DNA from: an uncultured Fibrobacter sp. | GTDB taxonomy: Bacteria > Fibrobacterota > Fibrobacteria > Fibrobacterales > Fibrobacteraceae | NCBI GenBank assembly: GCA_946413655.1 | Contig: CAMKLO010000004.1 | Location: 38,342-102,341 of the forward strand | Length of the DNA: 64,000 nt | Direction: 5' to 3' | Shown: positions 8,313 to 17,565 of the stretch, piece by piece | Numbering within the stretch: the first letter of the stretch is position 1 | How the letters are laid out: each line of letters starts with the position of its first letter | Notes under the pieces: model-generated | The model's database searches: none | The model's input: the letters and a program-made list of their open reading frames with translations, nothing else | What the model was told of the DNA's origin: nothing | Made by a program: the position numbers and the translations under genes

Positions 8313-10253
8313 GTGAAACTCAATATACACGGTTTGGCGTTCAAACAGTCGATGCTGACGTTGGTGGGGTTCAGCATCGTTTTCGCAGCGTTGTTTGGAA
8401 TTCTCAGTTCCCGTGTGAAAAGTGAATTTTCGACGTTGTTGACGCAAAAAGGCGAGGAAATCAGCCTTGCAAACGTGGCCATTATCGAGAAACTTTTTGA
8501 AAAAGCCAAGAGGATGGGTGACGAATACGCGGAAGTGCTCGGCAAAGAGATGCTCTCTGGTAAGGATCTCGATGACTTCTTGAGTCAGGCCGTCTTTGAC
8601 GCGAGGCAGTCGATTCCACAGGTGATGGCTGTCGTGGTCGCTTACGAACCAGGTATGGCGCCCAAGTCGAAATGGCATCAGGAAGTGATGCGCCTTGCCC
8701 AGTATTCGGGGACCGACATTAAACTGATGAAGGGCAAGGACTATCTCGACAAAACTTGGTACAAGAGCACGAAGAACTTGCAGAAAGGGATTTGGCAGGA
8801 ACCGTTTGTCGGCGATTTCATCAAGGAGCCGATTGCCATTTATACGACTCCTATTTACCAAAAGGATGAATATGGTAACACTGTATTTGCGGGCGTTCTC
8901 TGCGTCGATATGTCGATAGCGTTCCTCGGTGAAACGGTCGCTTCGATTCCCGTGTCGAATTCGGGATATGTTGTCGTCTTGTCTGCGAACAATACGGTGA
9001 TCGCCCATCCTAAGCACGATATCATCTTTAAGGAGACGTTGGCGGATTTAGCTCGGGGCGACAATGTCCATGTTGTTTCCGATTTCGAGAAAACCGTGCA
9101 CGGCATGAAGAAGGGACTCTTCATGGGGTTTGCCCCCGATGGTAGCGAAATCGCTATTTATTTTAGCGCAATGGAATCGAACGGCTGGACGTTCATGATT
9201 GTGTGGCCGGCGCAGAAATATATGGAAAGTCAGCGCTCGGTGGAACGGTTGTTCGTATGGTTCTGTATTGCGGGCTATATCGTTATGTTGATTTTGATTG
9301 TCGTGATTTCGACAAGGGTGTCCCGTCCGCTCAACGAACTTGCTGCTGCGGCGACCAAACTGGGGCAGGGAGATTTCAACGTGTCGATTCCGCATCTTTC
9401 GGGCCGTGACGAAATTGCTCATTTTGCATGGGCGTTCCTGAACATGCGCACTTCGCTCAAGGAATATATTGAAAAGCAGAAGGACATGGACCGCATCGAA
9501 AGCGAACTGGACTTTGCTAAAGATATTCAGCTGGGCTTTTTGCCCATGACCGAAGAAGAGGAGAATTCTAGTGACAATCTCCATGAACTGACTCCGTTCC
9601 TTCGTCCGGCCAAGGAAGTCGGCGGGGATTTGTATGACTTCTTTAAACTGGATGATGGTCGCTTGTGCGTAATCGTGGGAGATGTCTCGGGTAAAGGTAT
9701 TCCTGCGGCGTTGTTCATGATGGTTTCGCGAATAGTGCTCCGCACGATGGCGAAAAACTTGAAATCTGTTGTCGAGTGCTTCGAGAATACGAACAACGAA
9801 CTTGCCATACGTAACAGGGCGAATATGTTCGTTACGGTGTGGATGGGGTTCATCGATCTGGATACCGGACATGTCGAGTTTGCGTCGGCGGGGCATAATC
9901 CGCCTGTGATTCGGCATAAGGACGGCTCGGTCGAGTTCGCGAAGAGCAAGGCGGGGATTGCCATGGCGGCGATGGAAAATGTGCACTACAAGATGCAGAC
10001 ACTTGACCTTGTTCCTGGCGATTCGCTGTTCCTCTATACTGATGGCGTGACCGAGGCGACTAACGAACATAACGAGCTTTTTGGCAACGAAAGGTTGCTT
10101 GACGCTCTGTCCAAGGGTGGCGGTAACGGCACTAAGGAAACATGCCGCTATGTAAAACGGCAGATAGATGCGTTTGCGAGAAAAACGCCACAATTTGACG
10201 ACATTACGATGCTTGCTTTGGACTATAAAGGGGCTACCCTTGACGAAAATTAA
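8313..10253 (+). CDS. Cache-HAMP-PP2C (SpoIIE/RsbU-type) membrane phosphatase
   Basis: Two TM helices, Cache-like region (WY..WQEPF), HAMP, VGGDLYD, GDVSGKG, LYTDGVTEA, DDITML. Confidence 0.9.
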   Translation: MKLNIHGLAFKQSMLTLVGFSIVFAALFGILSSRVKSEFSTLLTQKGEEISLANVAIIEKLFEKAKRMGDEYAEVLGKEMLSGKDLDDFLSQAVFDARQSIPQVMAVVVAYEPGMAPKSKWHQEVMRLAQYSGTDIKLMKGKDYLDKTWYKSTKNLQKGIWQEPFVGDFIKEPIAIYTTPIYQKDEYGNTVFAGVLCVDMSIAFLGETVASIPVSNSGYVVVLSANNTVIAHPKHDIIFKETLADLARGDNVHVVSDFEKTVHGMKKGLFMGFAPDGSEIAIYFSAMESNGWTFMIVWPAQKYMESQRSVERLFVWFCIAGYIVMLILIVVISTRVSRPLNELAAAATKLGQGDFNVSIPHLSGRDEIAHFAWAFLNMRTSLKEYIEKQKDMDRIESELDFAKDIQLGFLPMTEEEENSSDNLHELTPFLRPAKEVGGDLYDFFKLDDGRLCVIVGDVSGKGIPAALFMMVSRIVLRTMAKNLKSVVECFENTNNELAIRNRANMFVTVWMGFIDLDTGHVEFASAGHNPPVIRHKDGSVEFAKSKAGIAMAAMENVHYKMQTLDLVPGDSLFLYTDGVTEATNEHNELFGNERLLDALSKGGGNGTKETCRYVKRQIDAFARKTPQFDDITMLALDYKGATLDEN

Positions 10254-10306
10254 AAATTTAGATATATTTGGCTATCCAAAAATGAATTTTTAACCAAAGG
10301 ATTATC

Positions 10307-10516
10307 GTGATCGGCGTTATTGTTAAGTCCAACGAACCTTTCGAACGCGCTCTCAAGCGTTTCACCAAGTCTTGCGAAAAGAACGGTATCATTTCCGATG
10401 TCAAGAAGCGCCAGCGCTTCGAAAAGCCCTCCGAAGAAAAGAAGCGTATTGAAACGGCTGCTCGTCGCAAGCGTCTCAAAGAGATTGCTGACCAGAACCG
10501 CAAGCGTCTTTACTAA
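10307..10516 (+). CDS. rpsU: 30S ribosomal protein S21
   Basis: EPFERALKRF, FEKPSEEKKR. Confidence 0.95.
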   Translation: MIGVIVKSNEPFERALKRFTKSCEKNGIISDVKKRQRFEKPSEEKKRIETAARRKRLKEIADQNRKRLY

Positions 10517-10547
10517 TTCGATTTCTTAATCGGAATTTTGCTAAACT

Positions 10548-10582
10548 TTAATGAGTTGTCGGCGAGTGTCGATGACTCATTA
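10548..10582 (+). terminator. stem-loop between rpsU and yqeY
   Basis: taatgagttgtcggc-gagt-gtcgatgactcatta. Confidence 0.55.
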
Positions 10583-10641
10583 GGTGTTTTATGTAAAACC
10601 AAATCGCTTGGAGCGAAGCGTTAAAATCGCTCGAGGTCAAT

Positions 10642-11112
10642 ATGAGTTGTGCTTTGCTTACCCAGATTCTCGATGACATCAAGACCGCCATGAAGGCTCA
10701 TGATGCCGAAACGCTTGGAACTCTTCGTACGCTCCATTCTGACATCAAGAACGAAGCCATGAAGGCCGGTGCCGCTCCGGCTCAAATCATGGACACCATC
10801 ACCGATGCGATGTGCATCGACGTCCTTGCCAAGAGCGTGAAGCAGAAGCAGGAATCCATCGAAATCCTCAAGAAGGGTGGATTCCTGGACAAAATTCCGG
10901 CCGAAGAAGCCTGCATCGCCCTTTATCGCAAGTACATGCCTGCCGAAATGACCGAAGACGAAGTCAAGGCTCTCATCGCCGAAATCAAGGCAGCGACCGG
11001 TGCTGCAAGCCCGAAGGACATGGGCAAGATCATGAAGGAACTTTCCCCGAAAGTCAAGGGCCGTTTTGACGCCAAGCGCGCCAGTGCTCTTGTGCAAGAA
11101 GCTTTGAAGTAG
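10642..11112 (+). CDS. yqeY: GatB/YqeY domain protein
   Basis: DIKTAMKAHD, YMPAEMTEDE, KDMGKIM; classic position after rpsU. Confidence 0.9.
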   Translation: MSCALLTQILDDIKTAMKAHDAETLGTLRTLHSDIKNEAMKAGAAPAQIMDTITDAMCIDVLAKSVKQKQESIEILKKGGFLDKIPAEEACIALYRKYMPAEMTEDEVKALIAEIKAATGAASPKDMGKIMKELSPKVKGRFDAKRASALVQEALK

Positions 11113-11258
11113 TAGGAAGTAGACTGTCAAAAGTAGGCCGTGAAAGGGGAAGGCCTTCCCCTGACTCGTACTCTGTGACTCGTCACCCCTTCTATGCGGG
11201 GCCTCAGACGCCGGCCCCGCAACACCCCGCTGTCATGCCCGGCTTGCCCGGGCATCTC
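11109..11258 (+). repeat. composite dispersed palindromic element (copy 1) plus GTCAT-type palindrome
   Basis: Shares blocks with the reverse complement of 63472-63620; gtcatgcccggcttgcccgggcatctc at 11232-11258. Confidence 0.8.
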
Positions 11259-11291
11259 CTTTTTTTGGTTCTAAAAAATTATATTGTTTGT

Positions 11292-11936
11292 ATGGTCAAA
11301 AAATTCGGTTTATTCATTGTTTTGCTTTTTGTGTCGATGGCGTCGGCTTCTGGTATTTCTTGGAAAACATTTGACATCAAGTTCGGCCCTTCGTTGGGTG
11401 GCTGGCACGATGAATCGACTACGATGTTTGGTGGGATGCTTTCCATCGTAAAACCGCTGACTCCATACATTGGGGTTGGCGTCATGGCGGAAATCGCTAC
11501 AGACGCTTCTGGGTGTGAAGATTGCGTTGATTATGATTTCAATGAGCTTTCCGAGGGAATTTTGGTTAATTTGATCGCGCCCCTGGGTCGTGGTTTCAGC
11601 TTGACTGCTAATTTCATGTTCCTTGTGAACTTCCAGGATGGGACTGTTGAAGGCCATGATTTTTACGCACCCAAGCCGATAGAAGCGTACGATGCAGAAG
11701 GAAATCATATCGACGTGTATAAATACATGCGAGAAACAAACAATGATGACTGTGGTTGCGAGTCGTCGGGGGACTACTACTTTGAATCGTTCATGTTCCG
11801 TTCGAATTTGGGAATTTCATGGCGCATGCAGAGCAATTTCTTTGGGCTGGAATTTTATCCGATCGACTTTGCTGTTGTGAGAGGCGGTGATTCGCGCATG
11901 ACGTTCTCGTTGAACGCCATATTCCGTGTGTTCTAA
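11292..11936 (+). CDS. exported protein, probable outer-membrane beta-barrel
   Basis: Signal peptide from MVKKFG, amphipathic strands, C-terminal Phe; two Cys pairs (CEDC, CGC). Confidence 0.6.
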   Translation: MVKKFGLFIVLLFVSMASASGISWKTFDIKFGPSLGGWHDESTTMFGGMLSIVKPLTPYIGVGVMAEIATDASGCEDCVDYDFNELSEGILVNLIAPLGRGFSLTANFMFLVNFQDGTVEGHDFYAPKPIEAYDAEGNHIDVYKYMRETNNDDCGCESSGDYYFESFMFRSNLGISWRMQSNFFGLEFYPIDFAVVRGGDSRMTFSLNAIFRVF

Positions 11937-11981
11937 ATGAGAAATCTATATTTGATAATGTAGATTATCTTAGGAAAAAAA

Positions 11982-13514
11982 ATGACTTCTGGTGAAGAAA
12001 GACGAATCCAAGAACTGGAGCTGCTCTACAAGATCAGTTCTATTCTGAACCAGAGCCTTGATTTTGAGACCGTCGCACATCCGGTGTTGCAGACAGTGGA
12101 ATCGGTGATGGGTGTCGAGCATGCGACGTTGACTTTGTATAATCGCCATACCGGCGAAATTTCCATCGAAATTGCGGAGGGCTTGAGCAGCCGCCAGGCG
12201 AGCAAGGGCCGTTACAAGGTGGGCGAGGGCATTACCGGCCGTGTTGTTGAAACCGGCAAGCCTATTATCATCCCGTCTGTCGCAAAAGACCCGGACTTTT
12301 TGGACCGTACGGGGCGCGGCAAGACGGAGGACAAGGCGTTCCTTTGCGTTCCGATTATCATGGAACAGGAAGTTGTTGGCGCCTTGAGTGCCGACGAACA
12401 CAATCCCGACGAAGCAAACCTCAACGACCAGATTCATTTGCTTGAAATTATCGCGCAGATGCTTGCGACGGCTGTGAAGCTCCGCCGTCAGGCCCGCGAA
12501 GAGAACGAAATCCTCAAGGCCGAAAACGAACGCATGGCGATGGAACTCAAGGCGCGGTTCCAGCCGGACAACATCATCGGCCGAACGCCCGAAATGCAGC
12601 AGGTCTATAAGCAAATCGACCAAGTCGCAAAAAGTCCGCTCCCGGCGCTCATTGTGGGCGAGGTGGGGACTGGTAAAGGTCTTGTTGCAGAAGCGATTCA
12701 TTTCCGTTCCGACCGCAATTTGGGGCCGTTCGTGCGTGTGCATTGCGCGGCCCTCCCGGAGTCCGTTCTGGACCGGGAACTTTTCGGCAGCGAAAAGGGC
12801 GCCTTGGTTGGCGTCGTCAACGAGGCGCCGGGCCGCGTGGAGCAAGCCGAAGGTGGAACGCTATTCCTCGATGAAGTCGCCGAACTCACGCCGAACTTGC
12901 AGATAAAGTTGCTTCGCCTTTTGCAGCAGGGCGAAATGGAACGCGTAGGCGCCCGCTTTCCGAAAAAGGTAAACGTGCGCGTCATTTGCGCGACGACAAA
13001 AAACTTGCAGCAGATGGTCTCCGACGGCACCTTCCGTGAAGACCTGTATTACCAGCTACACATTGTTCCGATATATGTGCCGCCATTACGCAAACGCCGC
13101 ACGGATATTGTGCTTTTGGCAGATTATTTTGTGGATCATTATTGCCGATTAGTTGGCAAAAATGTGCGACGCCTTGCACGCGGCACGATTGAGATGCTCA
13201 TGAGCTATCCGTGGCCGGGCAATGTGCGCGAACTTGAAAACGCCATTGAACGTGCGGTACTTTTGACAGAAGAAGACGTCATTTACCCGCATCACTTCCC
13301 GCCGACAATCCAGACGGATGAGACAAGTGGAACTCCTGTAAGTGGAAACCTCAAGTTGATGGTCGAGGCCTACGAACGCGATATCATTTGCGATGCCCTC
13401 AAAAGCAGCAAAGGCAAAATCGCTGCGGCCGCCCGCAGTCTATCTACCACGCCTCGCATCTTGACATATAAAATAAACCAGCTCGGCATTGACCTCGCTG
13501 GCTTCGGAAAGTAA
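11982..13514 (+). CDS. NifA-like GAF-AAA+-Fis HTH transcriptional regulator
   Basis: GAF domain, Walker A GEVGTGK, Walker B LFLDEV, WPGNVRELEN, C-terminal HTH; the GAFTGA loop reads GALVGV. Confidence 0.9.
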   Translation: MTSGEERRIQELELLYKISSILNQSLDFETVAHPVLQTVESVMGVEHATLTLYNRHTGEISIEIAEGLSSRQASKGRYKVGEGITGRVVETGKPIIIPSVAKDPDFLDRTGRGKTEDKAFLCVPIIMEQEVVGALSADEHNPDEANLNDQIHLLEIIAQMLATAVKLRRQAREENEILKAENERMAMELKARFQPDNIIGRTPEMQQVYKQIDQVAKSPLPALIVGEVGTGKGLVAEAIHFRSDRNLGPFVRVHCAALPESVLDRELFGSEKGALVGVVNEAPGRVEQAEGGTLFLDEVAELTPNLQIKLLRLLQQGEMERVGARFPKKVNVRVICATTKNLQQMVSDGTFREDLYYQLHIVPIYVPPLRKRRTDIVLLADYFVDHYCRLVGKNVRRLARGTIEMLMSYPWPGNVRELENAIERAVLLTEEDVIYPHHFPPTIQTDETSGTPVSGNLKLMVEAYERDIICDALKSSKGKIAAAARSLSTTPRILTYKINQLGIDLAGFGK

Positions 13515-13554
13515 GTCGCAAATTGTGATATCGACTGTTGTTGTCTTGGCGATT

Positions 13555-14616
13555 CTAGAACTGTTCGATGAATTTGCGGACGTCTTGGGGAACCCAGGTA
13601 TCTGCTGGTTTGCCGTTGTCTGAAGCGAGCCAATCGTGGGCGCCTTCCCAGGTGCAGACTCGGACAGGGAATCGCGGATCTACCTTCTTGAAATTGTAGC
13701 AAACGTGTGTTTTGCCCATGTCTTCGGTGTAGCGTTCCATAACTCCGATTTCGTCGCTGACGTCGGTAAAGTTCCCGTTGCCATCTTCGGGACCGTTATT
13801 CTTTAGGATTCGGGTAATGGCGTTGTCCAACCTGTCATAAGGACACAAATTGTCGCGGATACCATGAACTTCCATCCAGGCGATAGGTTTGCCTTTGTTT
13901 TCGGGCATATAGATGTTGTAGTCGGCTACGCTATAGGTAACCACGGCGCGGATTCGGTGCTGGAAATCCTGGGCCAGCGAGTTGCTGAACATGGCTCCGA
14001 AGCTGAAACCCGTGACAAATACTCGTGAAGTGTCGATGCAGAGGTTCTCTTCCAGGAGGCTCAACATTTCGGCAAAGAAAACGTGGTCCTTGTCGTCATC
14101 GTGGCGCCAAATATTGTAATCGGTTTCTCCTTTCGGGGCGACAAAGATGTAGTTTCCTTCGGTGTCCAGTTTCTTTTGTCCGTAATACGGCGAAAGGAAG
14201 GACAGGTTGTCGGTTGTCGATGCGATGTTTTCTGGGGATGAACCCATAAAGTAATTGGCGAATAGAATCTTGTAGGGCTTGTTGTTGTCGTAGTTCTCGG
14301 GCAAATCCATGTAGAATTCGCGCTGAAGGCCGGCACTCTGCATCTTGTAGAGTTTGGAGGTGCCGTTGCTTAAGACCTTTATGGCTTCCAGGGTGGATTG
14401 CGTCCCGCATCCCTTACTGGGGGTGGGCGCGTTTTTCAGCTCGTAAATGGGGAAGGAACTGTGATTGACTTGCGTACTGGAGCTTACAATGCTGGAACTG
14501 GAAGGAGGCGGAATTTCAGGCCCATTGGGGGTTGGAGAACTTGTGTCGTCTGAACAGGACAGGAGTGCTGTTGCCATCAAGGTGACGCATGCAAAATGGA
14601 ATTTGAATCTTGTCAT
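13555..14616 (-). CDS. lipoprotein alpha/beta hydrolase (CE1 / feruloyl esterase / PHB-depolymerase-like)
   Basis: Lipobox LLSC, PSKGCG, CIDTSRVFVTGFSFG nucleophile elbow, HGIRD, GAH. Confidence 0.8.
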   Translation of the reverse strand: MTRFKFHFACVTLMATALLSCSDDTSSPTPNGPEIPPPSSSSIVSSSTQVNHSSFPIYELKNAPTPSKGCGTQSTLEAIKVLSNGTSKLYKMQSAGLQREFYMDLPENYDNNKPYKILFANYFMGSSPENIASTTDNLSFLSPYYGQKKLDTEGNYIFVAPKGETDYNIWRHDDDKDHVFFAEMLSLLEENLCIDTSRVFVTGFSFGAMFSNSLAQDFQHRIRAVVTYSVADYNIYMPENKGKPIAWMEVHGIRDNLCPYDRLDNAITRILKNNGPEDGNGNFTDVSDEIGVMERYTEDMGKTHVCYNFKKVDPRFPVRVCTWEGAHDWLASDNGKPADTWVPQDVRKFIEQF

Positions 14617-14706
14617 AAAAACTCTAATAGAGGTTGTTCTAAAAATTATTTAAGTAAAAAAAACGCCTCCATGTCAAACATAAAGGCTTTTCTTAATTTT
14701 TGAGGA

Positions 14707-15333
14707 TTAGTTGAATGTGAACGTTGCTACGGCTGAAATCGAATTGAAAGATACCTTGCCTTCATAATTGAAAAATTTGCTCTTTGCAGAAGAATGATTG
14801 TACGACAAAGCCACACCGATGCCAAATTCGTTATTCACCCACCATTCTTTTCCGACAGACAAGTTGAAACTAAACTCGGGATCATAACTGGTAATGATTT
14901 TGCCAAAGAAGCAAAATTCGGTATAATCAGATATACCGGCAGATGCACTGAAGAAAATGTTTGTTTCGCCGGGGATGTAATAGGTAACGCCTATTCCAAA
15001 TGCGAGCGCCTTGAAGCCATTGTTGTCATTGATAGGCAGGGTTTCTGAGGAGCCTTCTTTGTTTGAAAATTTAATGTCTGAAAATATAGTGCTCACATCC
15101 AACGTCGCATGTAGAATAAAGTTTTGGATAATGGCTCCGCCAATTTTAAATCCTGTTTCGATTTGGGATCCTTTGCTCTCCATCTTGACACCGTTTGCTT
15201 GGAATTCGTTCAGGAAGTTTCCGTAGCCGAATCCGATAGAGCCACTGAGAAAGAATCCGTCGTGGGTTTTCGGGGCCGAGACTGCAAATACGCTAACTGC
15301 AGCAAACACGATGGACAAAATGATTTTTCTCAT
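14707..15333 (-). CDS. outer-membrane beta-barrel protein (paralog A)
   Basis: Signal peptide, APKTHDGFFL, GKEWW, ends FTFN; AGGAG RBS precedes MRKII. Confidence 0.75.
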   Translation of the reverse strand: MRKIILSIVFAAVSVFAVSAPKTHDGFFLSGSIGFGYGNFLNEFQANGVKMESKGSQIETGFKIGGAIIQNFILHATLDVSTIFSDIKFSNKEGSSETLPINDNNGFKALAFGIGVTYYIPGETNIFFSASAGISDYTEFCFFGKIITSYDPEFSFNLSVGKEWWVNNEFGIGVALSYNHSSAKSKFFNYEGKVSFNSISAVATFTFN

Positions 15334-15416
15334 GAACAAGTTCTCCTTTTGATATTCGGGGTTAAAAAAGCCTCTATGTAAAACACAGAGGCTCCATATA
15401 AGTTTTTATACAGTGA

Positions 15417-16034
15417 TTAGTTGAACGTGTAGGATGCCACGATGGAGAACGAATTGGAGGAGGCTTCGTTCTTTTCACCACGATAGTTACCGTCAGCGGA
15501 GTGATGGGAGAACGAGAATGCTACGCCGAGAGCGTTTTCATCGTTCAGCCACCATTCTTTGCCGATGGTAATGTTGAAACCGAAACCGGTATCGAGATTG
15601 TCGAAGCTGTAATCGTTATTGTTGATGGTAATGTTGATGTCGGTAATTCCGAAAGAGGCGCTAGCGTAAATATTTTGTTCAGGGACAACGTAGTAAGTTA
15701 AACCACCACCGAGCATAAGCATGTTGAAACCGTCATGTGCAAGAGACTCTTCTTTGCGCCCGGCTTTGAATTCGAGGTCTGAGAAAATGGAGTTGCCAAT
15801 GAACGTAAAATGAAGGATTAAGTTGGGGTATATTGTACCGCCGATTTTAAAGGATGCCTCAAAAGCGCCTCCATCGCATGTGATTTTGCCGATACCGCCC
15901 TCGATTTTATCTTCAAAGCTGGAATAACCTGCGCCCATTGTGGCGTTCAAGAAGAACCCGTCATGGGTTTTCGGGGCAGAAATAGCAAATGCGCTCACAG
16001 CAGCAAGCACGATGGACAAAAGAATTTTTTTCAT
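15417..16034 (-). CDS. outer-membrane beta-barrel protein (paralog B)
   Basis: Signal peptide, APKTHDGFFL, GKEWW, ends YTFN. Confidence 0.75.
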   Translation of the reverse strand: MKKILLSIVLAAVSAFAISAPKTHDGFFLNATMGAGYSSFEDKIEGGIGKITCDGGAFEASFKIGGTIYPNLILHFTFIGNSIFSDLEFKAGRKEESLAHDGFNMLMLGGGLTYYVVPEQNIYASASFGITDINITINNNDYSFDNLDTGFGFNITIGKEWWLNDENALGVAFSFSHHSADGNYRGEKNEASSNSFSIVASYTFN

Positions 16035-16290
16035 ATAATATTTTCCTGATAATTTTTTGTTTTACGCAAAGCTAATAAATCGAATTTTTTTTTCAAAGCG
16101 TTTTGATTTCAATTGTGTGTAAAAATACGTTTACATGCATCTTGGTGATACGGAGTTAGCCGTTTATCAGCATGTTCTTGTGTTTTTGGGTGCAATTTAC
16201 CGCTCTCCTGATTACTATCTTTACTCACGTTATGATTATCCATTCCTTCAAAATGGGCTTCCAGTGATTGACAGGTCGTGCTTGCGATAC

Positions 16291-16339
16291 TCTTAATCAC
16301 TTACAACTATTAACTAATAACTACTAACTAGTAACTAAA
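16291..16339 (+). repeat. 7-nt tandem array abutting the tyrS start codon
   Basis: aactatt aactaat aactact aactagt aactaaa ATG. Confidence 0.85.
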
Positions 16340-17557
16340 ATGCAATTCCGTCCTGTTAAAGAACAGCTTGAAATTTTAATGCGCGGCGTTACCGACATTG
16401 TGCCGCAAGATGAACTCGAAAAGAAACTTCAGAAGTCATATGACACCGGCGTTCCACTCCGTATCAAGATGGGCGTGGATCCAACGGCCCCGGATGTTCA
16501 TTTCGGCCATACGGTCGTGATGCGCAAGCTCCGCCAGTTCCAGGATTTGGGACACACTGTCGTGCTCATCGTGGGTGACTACACGGCACAGATTGGTGAC
16601 CCCAGCGGTCGCAACAAGGCACGCCCTCGCCTCAGCCATGAACAAGTGCTCGAAAACGCGAAGGAATACCAGGAACAGTTCTTCAAGGTCGTCCGCCGCG
16701 ACCAGGTGGAAATCCACTACAACGGCGAATGGTTCTCCAAGCTCCCGTTCAGCAAGGTGACCGAACTCATGGGCCAGTTCACCGTGGCCCAGATGCTTGA
16801 ACGCGAAGACTTCCACAACCGCTATACCGCAAACACGCCCATCAGCCTCCACGAGTTCATGTACCCCATGATGCAGGGCTACGATTCCGTCGCTATCCAG
16901 AGCGATGTGGAACTAGGTGGCACCGATCAGAAGTTCAACGTGCTTCGCGGCCGCGACTTGCAGCTTTTCGAAGGCATGGAACCGCAGATCGGCCTCTTCA
17001 TGCCGATTTTGCTCGGTACCGACGGCAAGGTCAAGATGAGTAAGTCCATTGGCAACTACGTGGGCCTCAACGAGCCGGCCGACGTGATGTACCACAAGAT
17101 TTACAGCCTCGCCGACAGCATTGTCGAAAACTGGTTTGAACTTTTGACGAACATTCCGCTCGAAGAAGTCAAGCAGATGATGGCAGACATTGCCGCAGGC
17201 AAGATGAACCCCAACGATGCTAAGCACCGCCTCGCTATCGATATCGTGACGCAGTACTACGGTGCTGAAGCCGCCGAGGCCGCCGCCGCCAAGGAACGCG
17301 AAATCCACAGCGGTAATGCCATCCCGAGCGATGCTGCCGAGTGCAGCGTGGCTCCCGGCAACTATGGCGCTCTCGACTTGCTCGTGAATATCAAGGCGTT
17401 TGCCAGTAAGGGCGAAGCCCGCCGCATGGTGCAGAACGGTGGCGTCAAGATTGGCGGCGAAAAGCTTGCCGACCCGCAGGCCTCCTTCGAAATCAAGGGT
17501 GGCGACAATCTCGTTGTCCAGGTGGGTAAGCGCAAGTTCTTCAAGGTGAACTTCTAA
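16340..17557 (+). CDS. tyrS: tyrosine--tRNA ligase
   Basis: GVDPTAPDVHFGH, YPMMQGYD, GGTDQ, KMSKS, C-terminal S4 domain. Confidence 0.97.
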   Translation: MQFRPVKEQLEILMRGVTDIVPQDELEKKLQKSYDTGVPLRIKMGVDPTAPDVHFGHTVVMRKLRQFQDLGHTVVLIVGDYTAQIGDPSGRNKARPRLSHEQVLENAKEYQEQFFKVVRRDQVEIHYNGEWFSKLPFSKVTELMGQFTVAQMLEREDFHNRYTANTPISLHEFMYPMMQGYDSVAIQSDVELGGTDQKFNVLRGRDLQLFEGMEPQIGLFMPILLGTDGKVKMSKSIGNYVGLNEPADVMYHKIYSLADSIVENWFELLTNIPLEEVKQMMADIAAGKMNPNDAKHRLAIDIVTQYYGAEAAEAAAAKEREIHSGNAIPSDAAECSVAPGNYGALDLLVNIKAFASKGEARRMVQNGGVKIGGEKLADPQASFEIKGGDNLVVQVGKRKFFKVNF

Positions 17558-17565
17558 GGTCTGCG

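Noticed and set aside
11175-11291. N-terminal extension of ORF 11175-11936
   Set aside because: It is translated palindromic repeat DNA; the signal peptide begins at ATG 11292.
11982-13514. nifA / nitrogen fixation
   Set aside because: Only the domain architecture is shared; GAFTGA is degenerate and there are no nif genes in the window.
16109-16300. T-box leader or small ORF upstream of tyrS
   Set aside because: No T-box consensus or terminator/antiterminator pair is visible, and the 63-aa minus-strand ORF has no supporting features.
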